DNA of 64,000 nt from Klebsormidium nitens (lineage: Eukaryota; Plantae; Klebsormidiophyceae): the NCBI GenBank assembly GCA_000708835.1, contig DF237063.1:1-64000 (forward strand), in the 5' to 3' direction. The notes under the pieces are model-generated. The model saw nothing but the letters and a program-made list of their open reading frames with translations, made no database searches and was not told where the DNA came from. Shown piece by piece: positions 1-12,777 of the stretch. A program made the position numbers and the translations under genes. The first letter of the stretch is position 1. Every line of letters begins with the position of its first letter.

Positions 1-263
1 GGAGGACGGCAGCCTTCTCCTGAGCAGCAATGCATCTAGGGACTTGTGGCCTTCAGCAACCAAAATGCTGCAATCTGCACAATAATGCACAAGTGACCCA
101 TTGGGAAGTCGATGATGGAGCTGGGTCAAATGCCCGAAAGCATGGCCCCAAATTACTGCACTAGAAAGAGCAAGCTGTGATTGGATCTTGAATTAGGCTT
201 CAGCTTTCGAAAAGCACAAGTGCGAAGTTCTGAGAAGCCTCGTAAGACCGTCCAGCTCTCAAA

Positions 264-3200
264 ATGTGGGGTGCTCTATTTGGTACCAAACGAGAGCGCT
301 TCTCCCTAGAGGAGCTAAGGTATGTTTCCAACCATGGGGATTGTCTGGGAAGCGGGTTCGCCAGAATCCAGGAGGGCTTTCGTGGCATTTGCTCGGGCCA
401 TGAATACGGAATCCCCTTCATCCAAAACTTAGTTGACACTTCAGGAAGTGTTTGTTAGAGATCAGCATTCTGCATGCCTTGGCAGTTTCAAAGGTTTTTG
501 GTTCAGTGAAGCTGGTTGCTCCTGGGGTGGTAAACCTTGTGGTGGCAAGTTAGCCAGTCACAGTTCATGACTGATTGCATTCGTTGACGGTTGTGATGAC
601 ATGCTATGCGGTGTATCGTACCAGACGGACACACATCTCAAACGTGTGTCATGCAGGTATCTGTGTGACCAGCTGCAGCACTTTGCGCAAGCAGAGACAG
701 AGTCTAAGCAGGTGAAGTAATCTCCTATGTTTTTAATCAAGGATGATCCTGAAGAAGGGGCTCTTTCTGATGAGAGCCATGATCCTGGGATGAAGTGGCG
801 CGCGCAATGGAAGAATTCTTGCAGCAAGCATGCCTCAAAACTAATAGGAGAGTATTCATGAAGCTGGCCTGTATCATTGTGCCAGTTTTGCGGCCTTATA
901 GGTCAACAGGATAAACCATGGTTACAAAACGTACTCATGAGCCCCCGCATGTGTGCAGGATGCCGTGAGAGAGACCCTTCGCTCACTGGCTGAGTTGATG
1001 ATCTGGGGGGATCAGCATGATGCGACGCTTGTCGAGTAAGTCAAGCCTAACGCGGTCATGTATCAGGCAGCTCTTCACGCTAGTCACCCTCATGCAGGAT
1101 ACGTGCTAGTCTGACTGGAATATTCAGTTGCAAATGTTCCTTGTTCACGTGCTTGCTTTCCACGGTATCCCTTCCAGTGACTCACGCCTACTCTTGTCGT
1201 CTCCCGCCACACACCTCCCCCTGGTTTCAACACTGTTCCCCGCATTGCTTCTTGTCCTCGACTGGTTGATACATCCCCAGATTCTAATCCCATGCTTTTG
1301 TCCCCCCTCTTTTCCTGAGTCCTACCCTTCCCTCATAGTCTAGATCCATGCCCCTCCTGTTTGCAGCTTCTTTGTGGACCACCACGTGATGCAGACACTG
1401 CTTCGGATCCTGCGCCAGAGGAGCAACCGCAGGGGAGTGGTGGCAGTGCAACTGTTGCAGTCGCTCAGCATCATGGTCCAAAACCTCACGAGCGACATCG
1501 CTATCTGTAAGTGGTCACGCTCTCGAGCGCGGAACTCCAGGCTGGCCATTGCTGAAAAGATTGTCAGTTTTTATGCTCTCACTATTGTCCATCTCTTTTG
1601 TGATGCTCCGCGCGTGGTTGGAAGGTTGTGAGTCTGTTTGCGATGTCGGAAGCAAACCTAGGCCTGGCCGTTTGTCGGACGATTCCAGTTAGCGTCTTTA
1701 GAAGTGATGTTGGCATCATCTGGGTCTTTCCACACTGCTTAGGCTGGAGGGAGCTTTATTGGGATTGATCAGGAATAGCACGCGAAATGTTGGCGTGGCA
1801 AGCACCTCCGCTCGACAGTGGACCAATCCACGGGGTCTGCTTATAGTCAGCGGGCGCCCCTGCCATTATTACAGCAAGTCGAGGAGTTGTCTTCTGCTGT
1901 CTCGCTCAGTCACGTTCCATTCGGATTCCTGTCACAGACTACCTCTTTAACAACCACCACATGAACGCCGTCATCCAGCATCCCTTCGACTTCACGGACG
2001 AGGAGGTCCTTGCCTATTACATCACGTTTTTGAAGTGAGTGCAACCTACAAACAATTCTTCACATTCGTCGACGTCCCAGGACTTTTGTCAATAGCATCG
2101 AATCGTGCAACCGTTGGCGTCGTGGTTTGCAAAGTTCCAGAAGCGGGACCGCCAGAGGTGTACTCCGAAACTCTTCCCACCCAAGACATCCAACTATCTC
2201 GTAAAGCAGTTGCGAAGGGTCCGAGTGCAATCTCCTTCGTACCCCACAGTGGATAATCGGCCTTTTTCTGAATTGGGCTAACAACTACATTGTTAGAATC
2301 GAACGTGATTGAGTCGCTTGCATAAAGAGACGGTATTCCAAGAGCCCGTTTTGCCGTTCTTGGGCCTCAGCGTGCCTTTCCTCTGCTGCAGAGCCATCAG
2401 CCTGAGGCTGAACTCTGGGACTATACAGTTCTTCATGAAGGAGGAGGGAGTAAGTTGCGCCGTCTTAGAAACTCAGCAGTGCGCATCTTTTTCTGGCGCA
2501 TTCTGCTGCCTTTTTACGCCAATACGAGCAACCTACTTCATTCCAGCACAAATCCGTCATTCTTCCAGACAGTCGTGAGCAGACTTCGGGTCGAGGTTGC
2601 TGGGTTGCGCTTAGTGGATTCGTAGAGTGACACGTGTCATATTTTTGGCCATGCAGGGCCGGCTGATCCTCCCGCTGTACAGCGAGGCGGTGAAGTTCTT
2701 CCATCACGAGGAAGCCATGGTTCGAATTGCTGTGCGGACAATAACACTCAACGTATATAGTGGTAAGCGTTCATTGCTGGTTGGTTTCTTGTAATCAGGT
2801 TTTAACTTCACATACGTGGTGTCGAATTGGTGGCAACGTTACATAAGTTCTTGGTCGCAAACGGGCTTTGGCGTCTTTTGCCAATCCAACTCTCGATGTT
2901 GTGGGGCATCGGACGATTGAGGACTCGATTGGCAGTTCAGGAGAGTCTTCACGCACATTCAAAAGCTTGGTTCTTGACGGTCCGTCCCATCATAATCGTT
3001 CCGATTGCATCGCCCTCTGATATCGCAGCTGTCTGTCTTTACGCGTTAAGCGCGAAATGAAGCGCTCCCGCAAACCATTCCGCATGCACTGCCTTCCAAT
3101 CAGAATCGCTTGAGAAGCGAAATTTCTAGCCCGTCTCTCTCCTTTGGCCGGCCCACCCCTCCATTGTCGATTTCGCTTCTCAAGAACGTTGGAGAAAGAG

Positions 3201-6200
3201 GTAACTCGCACAGTGCGCCAGATGGGTAGTTCGATCGTCAAACACGTGGCACTGTCAAAGGAAATGTGGTTCTGAAGAGCTCCAGGCGGCAAGAACTGGG
3301 CCCCACTGTTGATTTCAACCCCTTCCGTCAACCCCTTCTTCCGTTAACCCTTCCGTTAACCCCTTCCGTTACACATTTCCGTTAACCCCTTCCGTTACAC
3401 CCTTCCGTTAAACCCTTCCGTTCACACCTTCCATTCCGCAGTGGACGACAAGGAGGTGCGCAACTTCGTCCTAAGCGACGGGCCCGTCGACTACTTCTGG
3501 GACCTCGTCACGTTCATCCGCCAGCAGAGCTTCTCCCTAGACAGCCTGGTCGCCGAAGCGGAGAAGTGCGTCCCTCCCGCCCTCATTTCTGGAATCTGCT
3601 TGCCAGCCGTTGCATCTCCCTGCTCACGAACTTCGTCACCCGCCGCTGGTAGATTTGGCGTATGGGCGTTCTTGCTATGTTCCATTCTGTCCGTCTCTCG
3701 CTTGCGTCCAGTTCTGGTCCCCAGTCCTGGTCCTTCTTACTCTGTTCGAGTGGAGCAACCTTGACACTCTATCGTATAACAACAAGTGTCAGAAAGGCAC
3801 CGACAACCCTATTGCACCGCGCGTGTCAAAGCGGGCCTAGCACTTTGATTGACCAGATCTGGCAGGATTGCGCAAGCCATTTCTTGTACTGGACTTACCT
3901 CCCATTCCTCCCTCAGGGGCGACCCCAACACGTCTCGCTTGGAGGGCAAGATCGCCGAAGTTGGCGATCTGCTATACTACTGCAACGACATCCTTAACTC
4001 CGGGGTGCCTGCCCTCAGCGCGGTTGTGATGGACCATTTACTCACCATCCTAGTTCTCCCCGTGCTGCTCGTATCGCTGACGCCTCCAGGGGAAGAGTCG
4101 ATGCACTCCTCGCACGCAGTGAGTGTTCCTTTCGTCGCTTTCTCAATAGCGGGATACCAAATGAAATCGTGTGCGAGCTACCAAATGAAATCGTGTGCGA
4201 GCTAGCAATCAATGGCTTGGTTTCCCGATTGCCGGGACTTCCATCCTGCAGATGCTTGCGGTTGGAAGGAAACGAAGTTCTTGATAAACACCCTTTTGTA
4301 GTTTGCGCTTGCGCGAGCGAGCAGTATTCGGCTTGGTTTCTGGATTGCCGTGAGTTCCGTTCTTTGAACATGCTTGCGGCTGGAAAAGGGCGAAGCTCTT
4401 ATTCCCTCAGTTCGGTCGCCTGAGCCCTTTTTGGTCCAAGTAACTCTTATCAAGCAATAAGCATTATGATTGAAATAAGTGGTCAACACTAAAAAGCTCA
4501 TCCGATTCCCTTTCTTGCAGTCCGGCCGCCTCTGCTTGCAGTCCGGCCGCCTCTGCTCCTTGTAACAAGTCTCCTTCTGGAAGGCAGATTTATCCTCTCT
4601 TGATATTTCTCTTAAAAGTGTATACTAAGGTTTCGCGTCGACCGAAATGGCTGAGCGCTCATCTCCGGTCCTCCGGACCAATGAGAACGCTTCAATCGAT
4701 CACGTGGCATGAGAAGTACAGACCTGGTACAGAATTTTGCTAGAGAGGCAGTGTACAAATCTGTACGCGGATCGGAGATGCAAAGCTTGTGAGCCCAGAG
4801 GTTTTCGGTCGACGCGGAACCTAAGAGCTCACTATGATCTCTTTTCCGCAGTTCGGCCGCCTGAGCCCCCTCTGCTCCATGTACATACTCTCCCGCTTCC
4901 TCACGGCCATTACGTACAAGCCGCTGCTCGACGGCGTCCTCGCCGTTCTCATGAGCACGCCATCCCGGCCCCGCTCTGATCACCCACAACCTACCCCCGG
5001 AAGCGGAACCAGACAAACGGGGGATCCCCCTAACATTCGAGGAGGGGGTTCGGAAGCGGAGTCGACGGCAGCAGATGCGTTAGAAACAAACAAAGATTTG
5101 GGCGCGCATAAGGAAGGAAAAGAAGACGGGGAGCCTAGTGGGAGGGAGGGCCAACCGAGCAGCGGTGGCGAAGCGACCACTGCCGGGGGGGGAACGGATG
5201 AGGGGGCGGACAAACCCCTCCGGAGAGCAAGAAGCTCCAGGTAAAACCTGTGTCTTTCGATCGGAATGCGTTCCTGTGTTGGCCCTGCCTTGCTCTGCAA
5301 AGTATCAAGGGCGACGAGCGCCGAAATTCACAAGCTGAAGGAGCATTCCGACCCCTTCCGGGCAACTATAGCAAAGGAGCTGACCGGAACTGGCGGACAT
5401 AACGCTTTGCGTAAGCATTGATTTGCATGTACCTACGCCTGCTCCGGACTGACTTGGGCGATCGCTCACGGCTGCGCTTTCAGGAACACTTCACAGCGGC
5501 GATCTTTTTCTAATTGTGTTGGACCACACACATCTGACATGCAGTCTGTGGCCTGCTTCTAACATTATCGAATCCAGTAAACAACGACCATGCTGCTCAG
5601 CGCCTTCCTGTTGCGAAGTAGCAAATAGCCACTGACGACTCCACCAATTTTTTCAGGGAGGTCCTGCTTTCATACCTGGTTGATCCCGACGATAAGCTAG
5701 AGTTGGCGGCGCTCTGTACACTGGTGGCGATGCTGCAAAACAGTGGTAAGCCTTTGTTCAGACGTCGCCGCTTTTGTGGTTTCAGGGTTTGAAACTTTCA
5801 GGGTTTCAAAAATCTCAAATTCGTACCGTCCAGAGAGCCGGAGAAGGGATTCGAGTCCCTTGGGACCTCGAGATTGGCTAGATGCATTTGATACGTGTTT
5901 TGTTTAAGCAGTCTTGGTTCGTGCCGTAGAGAGCCATCATCCAGAAATCGAGGTTATTTACATCTGAGCCTTTCCCCGTGCACGACAGACACGTTGTGAA
6001 AGAACAGATCCGACATTGGATCCGACATGTCCTTTCTCGTCGTCTTCTCTTTTCTCAATCCTGAGAAACGTGTTCTTACCCACCTTAGTCAAAGAGGCAC
6101 CAATCCTAGTTGGAACGCTGTCTCGTCTGTATCATAGAACTGCACCTCAGAACAGAAGTGTTCTTCCGAGGGCAGATCGCCGGGTTTGAAGTGATTACTG

Positions 6201-9200
6201 GATCATAGCCTCTTGTTCTGGCTTGCAGCAATGGACGACGCCTTGCTAGACGCATTAGGCATCCTGCCAAGGAAGAAACGGCACAAACGGCTGCTGCTTG
6301 TAAGTAGTAACCCCTCCGGTAACGTTCTCACGCCGTCGAGCCAATGCAGCGCTTTTGTGAAAGTCACTTTCTCACTCTACGTGATGACATTGATGGTGCT
6401 GCTGCTTCTCAGCACGACAAATCTCTCCTGCAAACTTTCTATCACGACATTCGTCTCTCTGCTTAAGAGTCGAGGGGCAAAAGCCAAACCCAGAGATGGA
6501 AAACCGCCAGCGTGGCAGCTGAGCTTGAGGGATCATGCCGGTTCAGAACTCAATTCTGCTCTTCAAATTACAAAGTATTGAAGTCTTTGCCCGCATAGGC
6601 GCCTCTGCGATCGCCCAGGTTTGTGACCTCATGTGTGACGATCCTAATGACCACTTTTCCTGTTTGTCCAGCAAGCGCTGACGTCATCGGACGCTGACAA
6701 GCGGCTGTCCGAGTTCTACGGGGGCCAGTCGGAGCAGAGCGAGGGGCAGCAGCCGGACGGCCTGGAGCGTGCGGACAGCAGACTGTCCAAAGAGGTGAGC
6801 TCCTTGGATCCGAATCTTCTTGCATTGATGCGGATCAACCGTGATGATCTGAAAAGCGAGTGTAGCTGCAGCTTCCTCTATCTCACACACATTTGTCTTA
6901 AGCAGGTCGCTTGACCCCCGGATTGGAATCGAGCTCTTTGTCACTTGGTGTCTCAAGAGCTTCCCGAAGTTTCTAGTGCGAAGTTTCGCCAAAGCGGGAA
7001 CGAGATAGTTTCGAGAAACGCTCGAGGAAGAAGCGAAAACGAATGGAGAGATGTCACCGACTTTAGATCGTTCCTCATCATCTTAAGGTGGGAGGGAACG
7101 AAGTGGGACACAGTGTCCCTGATGTAAAAGGCATATAGTTGTCAAAATACATCTAGGTAGAATATACATGAGACGGTATACTAAAACTTGAATGTTTTAT
7201 TCTATTCTTGGGTTAGGGCTCTCTCGAGGCGTCATCCGTGGGGCAGGAGGAGACGGAGGGGGCCACGGGTCCAGCTCCTCGAAACGGGGAGACCACGGAA
7301 GAAGGGCAACCCGCAGCCCGGTTACGGCGGCCCTCTGCGTCGAGCCTGCGCGGAAGCTCTCTCCAGCATCGAAACGAGGTAATGCCAGAAACTCGTCTTT
7401 TCGTTGGATTCGCGTGTGGCACTGGCCGCTGCTTTCTTAAAGTTGCTATCTTGGCGTCTTCGATAAGTGGGATTCGAGTCGCCTCCAAAGGCTCTGGCAG
7501 TGCTCAAACCTGATGCAAAGCACACAATTTTCTCTAGCAATCCTGTATGCCAAGCAGCACGTCCTTCTTGCCCGAGAACCGCGCCTCACCTTGCTTACAA
7601 GCATTTGAGCTGCCATACCTGAGGCTCGTTTCAGTTCAGCGCCCGGTCATTTGATTGGCAAGGAATGCTGTCTTTCAATGCGTTGACGTCAGGAGTGAGA
7701 TCATCAACGTCAGCTTTTCCTCCTCTTACTTTAGGTGTTCGACCTGCTGACGTCCCTCCTCTGCCGGCGGCCTCCCCCTTGCGTTGAAGCCCTGGGTCAC
7801 GCTGGCTGGTTGCTCCACCAGCTACTCCCGGAAAGCGGACAGATCACTGCTGCCAGGCTCGAGCGGATCAGCGTGAGCCCCTCTGACTACCCTTGCCTGC
7901 TGATCGTCCTTAACTTTATCCCGCTAAGCTCTTCTATTTTTTCTCTTACTTCTTATTTCTCAAGTCAAAAAGTGGATATGCAAAGGCAGTCTAGATCAGA
8001 AGTGGTAAGGTTGTGCTCCCGTTCGTTCGCCGTTCGCTCTCCGTAGTTGTTGCTATTTTGTACTCAGCTGCTTCGGTCTGCCCCGTGTCAATCTCTGTCT
8101 GCCTTTGTCTTGAACGAGCTTTGGTGGATCCACGATATCTACAAAAATGGGACCAAAGAGGCAAAGCTGGCGATAAACGAATGTAGCACGGGGGTTGCCA
8201 GTGGTTCCATGATTAGGCAATCACCCAGATCAGCGGTGTTCTGTATGCGTTGATGCAATACCCACTGTTTTCAAGGCAGCATCTACCGCACTGACATTTT
8301 TCCAGAAGACAGGACAAAGCACTCACAGCCCGAAGATAAGCATTCCAATTGTGTTCGTCAAATGTCAGATCAGAAGCGCATTCCTATCACCCTAAGTGAT
8401 GACGCAGCTATATCCGACTGCAGGCTGCGCATGCGGCGTCAACGCGCGATTTGCTGCCCCTGATAGACGACTGCTGGTGCGACCTGATTCCTAGCATCAT
8501 CGGCGAGGAGTGGACCGTCAGTCAGAAAGGTGGGCTTTCGATCTTGTGCAATTCTATCCTTCTGAGCACTTAACCTGCGACTTTGCAAGTCCGCAACGCT
8601 GATTCAATGGTAGAGAAAGGAATGCATGTCCTGGCCCGGTGAATTTTCAAGAGGGTCGCAAAGGACTGGCAGAGTAGTTGTACAATAAGTCGCCGATGTC
8701 GACCCTTTTCATTGCGTTGCAAAATCAGCCCAAGTCAAGGGCAGCATCTGTTCGTCCTTATGACGAACTTGGTGTACAGCAAAGAGTGGCGTGGATGGAA
8801 TGCATCCGTCGCCTTCCTTGGCGACTTGCGCGGGGTTGCAGCTCCTTAACGCCGCATGGCTGCTTATCACCTTCGCTTCTCAACCGCGCCGAAACGGAAA
8901 TGAAACGGGTTCGTATCCTGAGTCTTCCTTCATTACGCTTGCAGCCTTTGAGACGCCGTCGCTGCAGAAGGACTCCTCCGTCGTGCTCATGCCAGTCCCC
9001 AGGCCCTTTGCGGAAGGTCAGTTCTTAACCCGGGTTTCTAACACTTGACCCGTTTTTGAGACCTTTGTCACCACTGCAGCCCCAGTTACGGACTGTGCCA
9101 ACGGTGTTTGCTGGTTCTCGCGACGCCTCTCTCTTCCACCACAATTGGCAACCAGAGTCTTCGATTCTCTTCATGTGCCTCCTGCCACGCATGAACAAAA

Positions 9201-11125
9201 GCTCCCGTGGCATGGGATTGGAAACAGGTCTTCTCGCTGCTTCGCCGCTCTCCGTACCTCTGATGAACAAAACGCGTTGAAAGATATGACATTGCGCCTT
9301 GTCCAAGCCAAAGACATCTCGACGTACTTCAAACCGACCTGTCTCTACCCTCTCTCAAGATCTAGTCAAGCGAGCCCCCTGTTCGGACACCCTACCCAAT
9401 TTTCCCGTGATATGCATTGATGCATCTTGATTACCCTTTGCAGACGACGTGTCATCGAGCGCGGTGGGCGAACGGACGCGCGCCCGCGTCAAGACGTTTG
9501 TCGCGCTGCATCTGCTGGAGCGGCTCCTCGTGGGGGGGTCCATGCCCCACAGTCCAGCGTTTGGGGAGCCGAGCCGGCCACCCCCCACCGTGCGCGCGGA
9601 TCGGAAGGGGCTGTCTCTGTCGGGCGTGCAGGAGGGATCGGAAGTAGAGCTGAGTAAGTGTCGGTCGGATGTGCCGGTAACTTAATGCTTTTCGTGATAG
9701 CAATGTCTTCTTTACTCCAGGGCTGCTCATACGCAAGACTGATCCTTGCCGTAGGCTGGGACTGTTCCCGTGAGAGTGGGGAAAGAATTCTGAGTACGAG
9801 AAGATTAAGAGGAGTGCAATCAAGACTTCTTTGGGTCGGCACGGAAGCTCGACGCGTATTGCAGACGATCTTGCAGCTGATCTGCAGCAGCGGCAGAAAC
9901 CAGCAGACCGGAGCAGCTCGGGCCTTTTTACCTCGCACCCAAGATGTTGTTTTCGACGGAGTGTTCGATAGTTGCCGTGAAGGCGGAGAGTATGGTATAT
10001 CGTCGATTTCCGTGGATTTCGCACCTGATGAAATGCAGACTGGCCGTGCAACATCTTACGTGCGAGGTTAAGTTGCCGAGCAGGGTCTCGCAGACCTCAC
10101 TAACAACGAGCGACACCGCGCCCCCCGAGATCTCATATCCGCACGAACGGACCTTCTTTCCCCGCTGTTCTGACGTCGTCAAGTCTAGATGCAGTCAGGC
10201 ACGAACTCCTCTTCTCGATACCTCCTCCAATGCTTGATCCGAGTACTCATCCTTCAAACCTTTTTTTGCAGCTGCCGGTGAAGCACTGCCGTGCCGAGTG
10301 GCTTTCGAGCGAGGAAAGGAGCGGTCTGTGTACCTGATGGTGGCCACTTCCGGGATCCACGGCTCGCTTCTCTTGGCGGAAGCGGCGCCGACCAGACTGG
10401 GCCACGGAGTAGTGCGGGTGACGGCACCTCTAGCGAATTGCAAGGTGAGGCCTCGGTTGGCGCGTGGGCACACCAAGTTCTTCATTAGATCTCGATCGAA
10501 AGAAGGGCGAAGAAATAAAAGTGGTGAAACACGTCAACGTGCAGGGGAGTTCAGATGATCGGATATTGCAGTCACCGTGAGTGTCAGGATGAAGAGGAGG
10601 CGTGATCATGGCTGTGACATCTGTTGAGACGACGATTGGGTATACTTGTCGGTCTGGTGAGAAAGCTCTGCCAGATCGCTTCGTCTGCCCTTTGCTTTAG
10701 TAGGCATTCAACCGAGCCAGAGAAGGGTGACTATCTGAGGAAGTTCGTGTCTTCATTGATTCTAGCTACTCCCCGAGCGAGAACATACGCCTTAATTTGT
10801 CTTACATGGGCGTTTTTTGCAGCCGCAAATCGACTCAAAGCACCCGCGGTGGCTGCACCTGCGGATCCGTTCGCTGCGGTCGCCCTCTGCGGACGCTGGT
10901 ACGATGTCGCCCGTCAAGTCAAGGAGTAAGCGCGTCCCAGACGGACGATGGACGGTCGCTTTTGCGGACGAAGAAAGGGCTGCTTATGCGGCGCGGATAG
11001 TCGAGGAGGAAATGGTGATACAGAGGACTGCTGTCAGGGAAACGCTAAAGCCTCTTCTCGAGCACATTGACATGCAGTCCGTAGAAGCTGAAGGGTTGGA
11101 GAGCAATTTAGGCGAGAAATATTGA
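264..11125 (+). CDS. TT9: TRANSPARENT TESTA 9 / GFS9, CLEC16A-family (FPL domain) vacuolar trafficking protein, 20 exons
   Basis: Exons joined at GT-AG with consistent phase: 264-319, 657-711, 959-1035, 1367-1506, 1938-2034, 2392-2449, 2657-2762, 3442-3565, 3917-4118, 4852-5240, 5657-5745, 6229-6299, 6672-6794, 7217-7378, 7735-7872, 8424-8529, 8945-9016, 9444-9653, 10272-10444, 10823-11125. Recognised motifs: [108 protein letters not shown] and DGRWTVAF. Confidence 0.93.
3314..3436. repeat. Imperfect ~12-bp minisatellite (CCCTTCCGTTAA-like) directly upstream of the TT9 exon-8 acceptor
   Basis: About nine degenerate units, e.g. cccttccgttaa / ccccttccgttaca / cccttccgttaaa, ending at the ccgcag acceptor at 3441. 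Confidence 0.85.
4155..4204. repeat. Perfect 24-bp tandem duplication in TT9 intron 9
   Basis: taccaaatgaaatcgtgtgcgagc occurs twice, head to tail. Confidence 0.9.
4404..4555 (+). repeat. Three short decayed copies of the TT9 exon-10 acceptor junction
   Basis: ccctcag|ttcggtcgcctgagccc at 4404-4427 and ttgcag|tccggccgcct twice at 4515-4555. The functional junction is ccgcag|ttcggccgcctgagccc at 4846-4868. Confidence 0.75.
4629..4821. mobile_element. 193-bp non-autonomous MITE, PIF/Harbinger (Tourist-like) type
   Basis: Left terminal inverted repeat is GGTTTCGCGTCGACCGAAA (from 4629). Right is TTTCGGTCGACGCGGAACC (to 4821); its reverse complement matches the left at 18/19. TAA flanks both sides (4626-4628, 4822-4824), the target-site duplication typical of PIF/Harbinger. 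No internal coding capacity. Confidence 0.8.
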
Positions 11126-12777
11126 ATGAAATCGAACAGTTTGGCAAGAGTCCGCAAAGAAGCAGTCTGATCGAGTCACCTGCTTGGCGCAAGCGCCTCA
11201 ATCGTACCTTTGCCGCTTACGAGAGACTTTTTGCCAACGTACAAGCATGCGTTTCACATGAGCGACCAATGTTCACTTCAATAATTGCAACGACAAGTCG
11301 CGGCCGCTCATGCATGCGGGGAGCTTGCAATCAATCAATATGAGCTTAACAACGACAGACTGTACCTTCCCCGCATGCATCTTGTTTACTCATGTTAACT
11401 TGCGAATTACGAACGTACAAAAACGACATACAACAACGACAACAAAAGAACAGTAATGGCATGCATGGGTTTTCAGGGCTTTGGTTAACCAAGTTACAAG
11501 TGAGAGCTGCGCTTGCATGGGCTTTTCGCTCCGGCCACCAGTTGTAAGAGTGTAGCTTCTCGCTCTGCAGCTTGCCCCGATCCAGCTAGTCCGACGGCGA
11601 AGGGTGTCTCATGCTAGAGCAGCCCATAACTTGACCCATGTTATCTCTGAGGCCCTAGCTTTCATCCAGCTCGGCATGCCCTTCAATCTGAAGCCCGTTC
11701 TCTGTCCGACGCCCCTCCTTTAGCTCAAGATACTAGCTTGATCGAACTATACGAACTTTGGAGCATTTTGTGACGCGAGAGCTAGCAAGCTAGTGTGGAG
11801 ATACGGTAAGCTGAATTGGTGCTTTGTCACCAATCTGAGCATAGTATAGGCATATCACTGCAGGGACATGCATGTTTCTATTCGTGCAGCTAGCGACGTA
11901 CTCCCGCTGTCAGCGGAGTGGACTCTTTCGATGTTGACTGTTGATGTTTTCACGGTCGGGGATCGCCTAGGGGGAGAAGCGTGGTAATTGGCATTCTCGT
12001 GAAAGTGACGTCTCAAAAATGTCCAGGGATCAAGCATGGACGAAGACACTCGGATAATCACGAAGAAAGTCAAAACGGCTGGTCGCCGGCGGGCCCCGGG
12101 GTGCACACTCTCTTCCCGCTCCTGTTCCTCCTTTTTGGAAGGGTGAGCGACTTTCAGCCTCAAGTAAACGTCTACAAATGTCTGCCTACATGGATGACCG
12201 CGGGCCCGAGTCAGTGCTTTTCTGCTTGAAATGAAGTCAATAGCGACGTATATAGGCCGCCCCATTAATGGGAGATTAGTTCAACACAATGATGATCTGC
12301 AAAGCAAATTGCGTATACATGAATTTTTTAGGTCACTATCTACTGAGCCTATAGCCTAGCCGAAAGGTCCGTAGCTTAGCTAGCTAGTTGTTCAAATCAT
12401 GCAGATATAATTATTGGACGGTATTGGCAATCAATCATGAACAAACGTCTTGCAGCGCCCGCGTGACCGGCCCATGCATGTACACGAAGATGGTACTAAA
12501 CATCATGCGACATGCAACTAAAGTCTCAAGGACTCTCGGATCCTTCAATTTGCACGCGTGCCCTGCATTCTGGACGTTCACATTAAGATGGAGTAATATT
12601 GCTTCATTTTCGTTAAGGAATGGGGGCCAACGGGGCCTCATACAACGCAGCCTCATAGATGGTGGGGCAAGAAGAGACGCATTTCTTCCCTAATAACGTT
12701 TCTCTGCGTAGAAACGTTCTACTCATTCCAGGAACGTGAGTGGTATTGCACAATAATCTCTTTTATGTGTATATCAT

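Noticed and set aside
1-1100. Minus-strand Cys/His-rich ORF fragments initially suggesting a decayed non-LTR retrotransposon
   Set aside because: The region is explained by TT9 exons 1-3 on the plus strand and their introns. No RT or endonuclease motif could be confirmed.
5310-5410. Coding-looking stretch [24 protein letters not shown] ending at a gtaagc donor in TT9 intron 10
   Set aside because: It ends in phase 1 while exon 11 needs phase 2. Direct splicing from 5240 to 5657 already gives the conserved sequence. At most it is a poison exon.
5835-5870. ggagaagggattcgagtccctt, resembling the reverse complement of a tRNA T-arm
   Set aside because: The loop has 8 nt and lacks TTC, and no complementary acceptor stem or D-arm lies at the expected distance.
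11308-11380. 12-bp inverted repeat (atgcatgcgggg / ccccgcatgcat) past the TT9 stop, and a 9-bp hairpin at ~12696-12719
   Set aside because: The stems are short, built from locally common CATGCA words in one case, and have no target-site duplication or miRNA-like duplex length.
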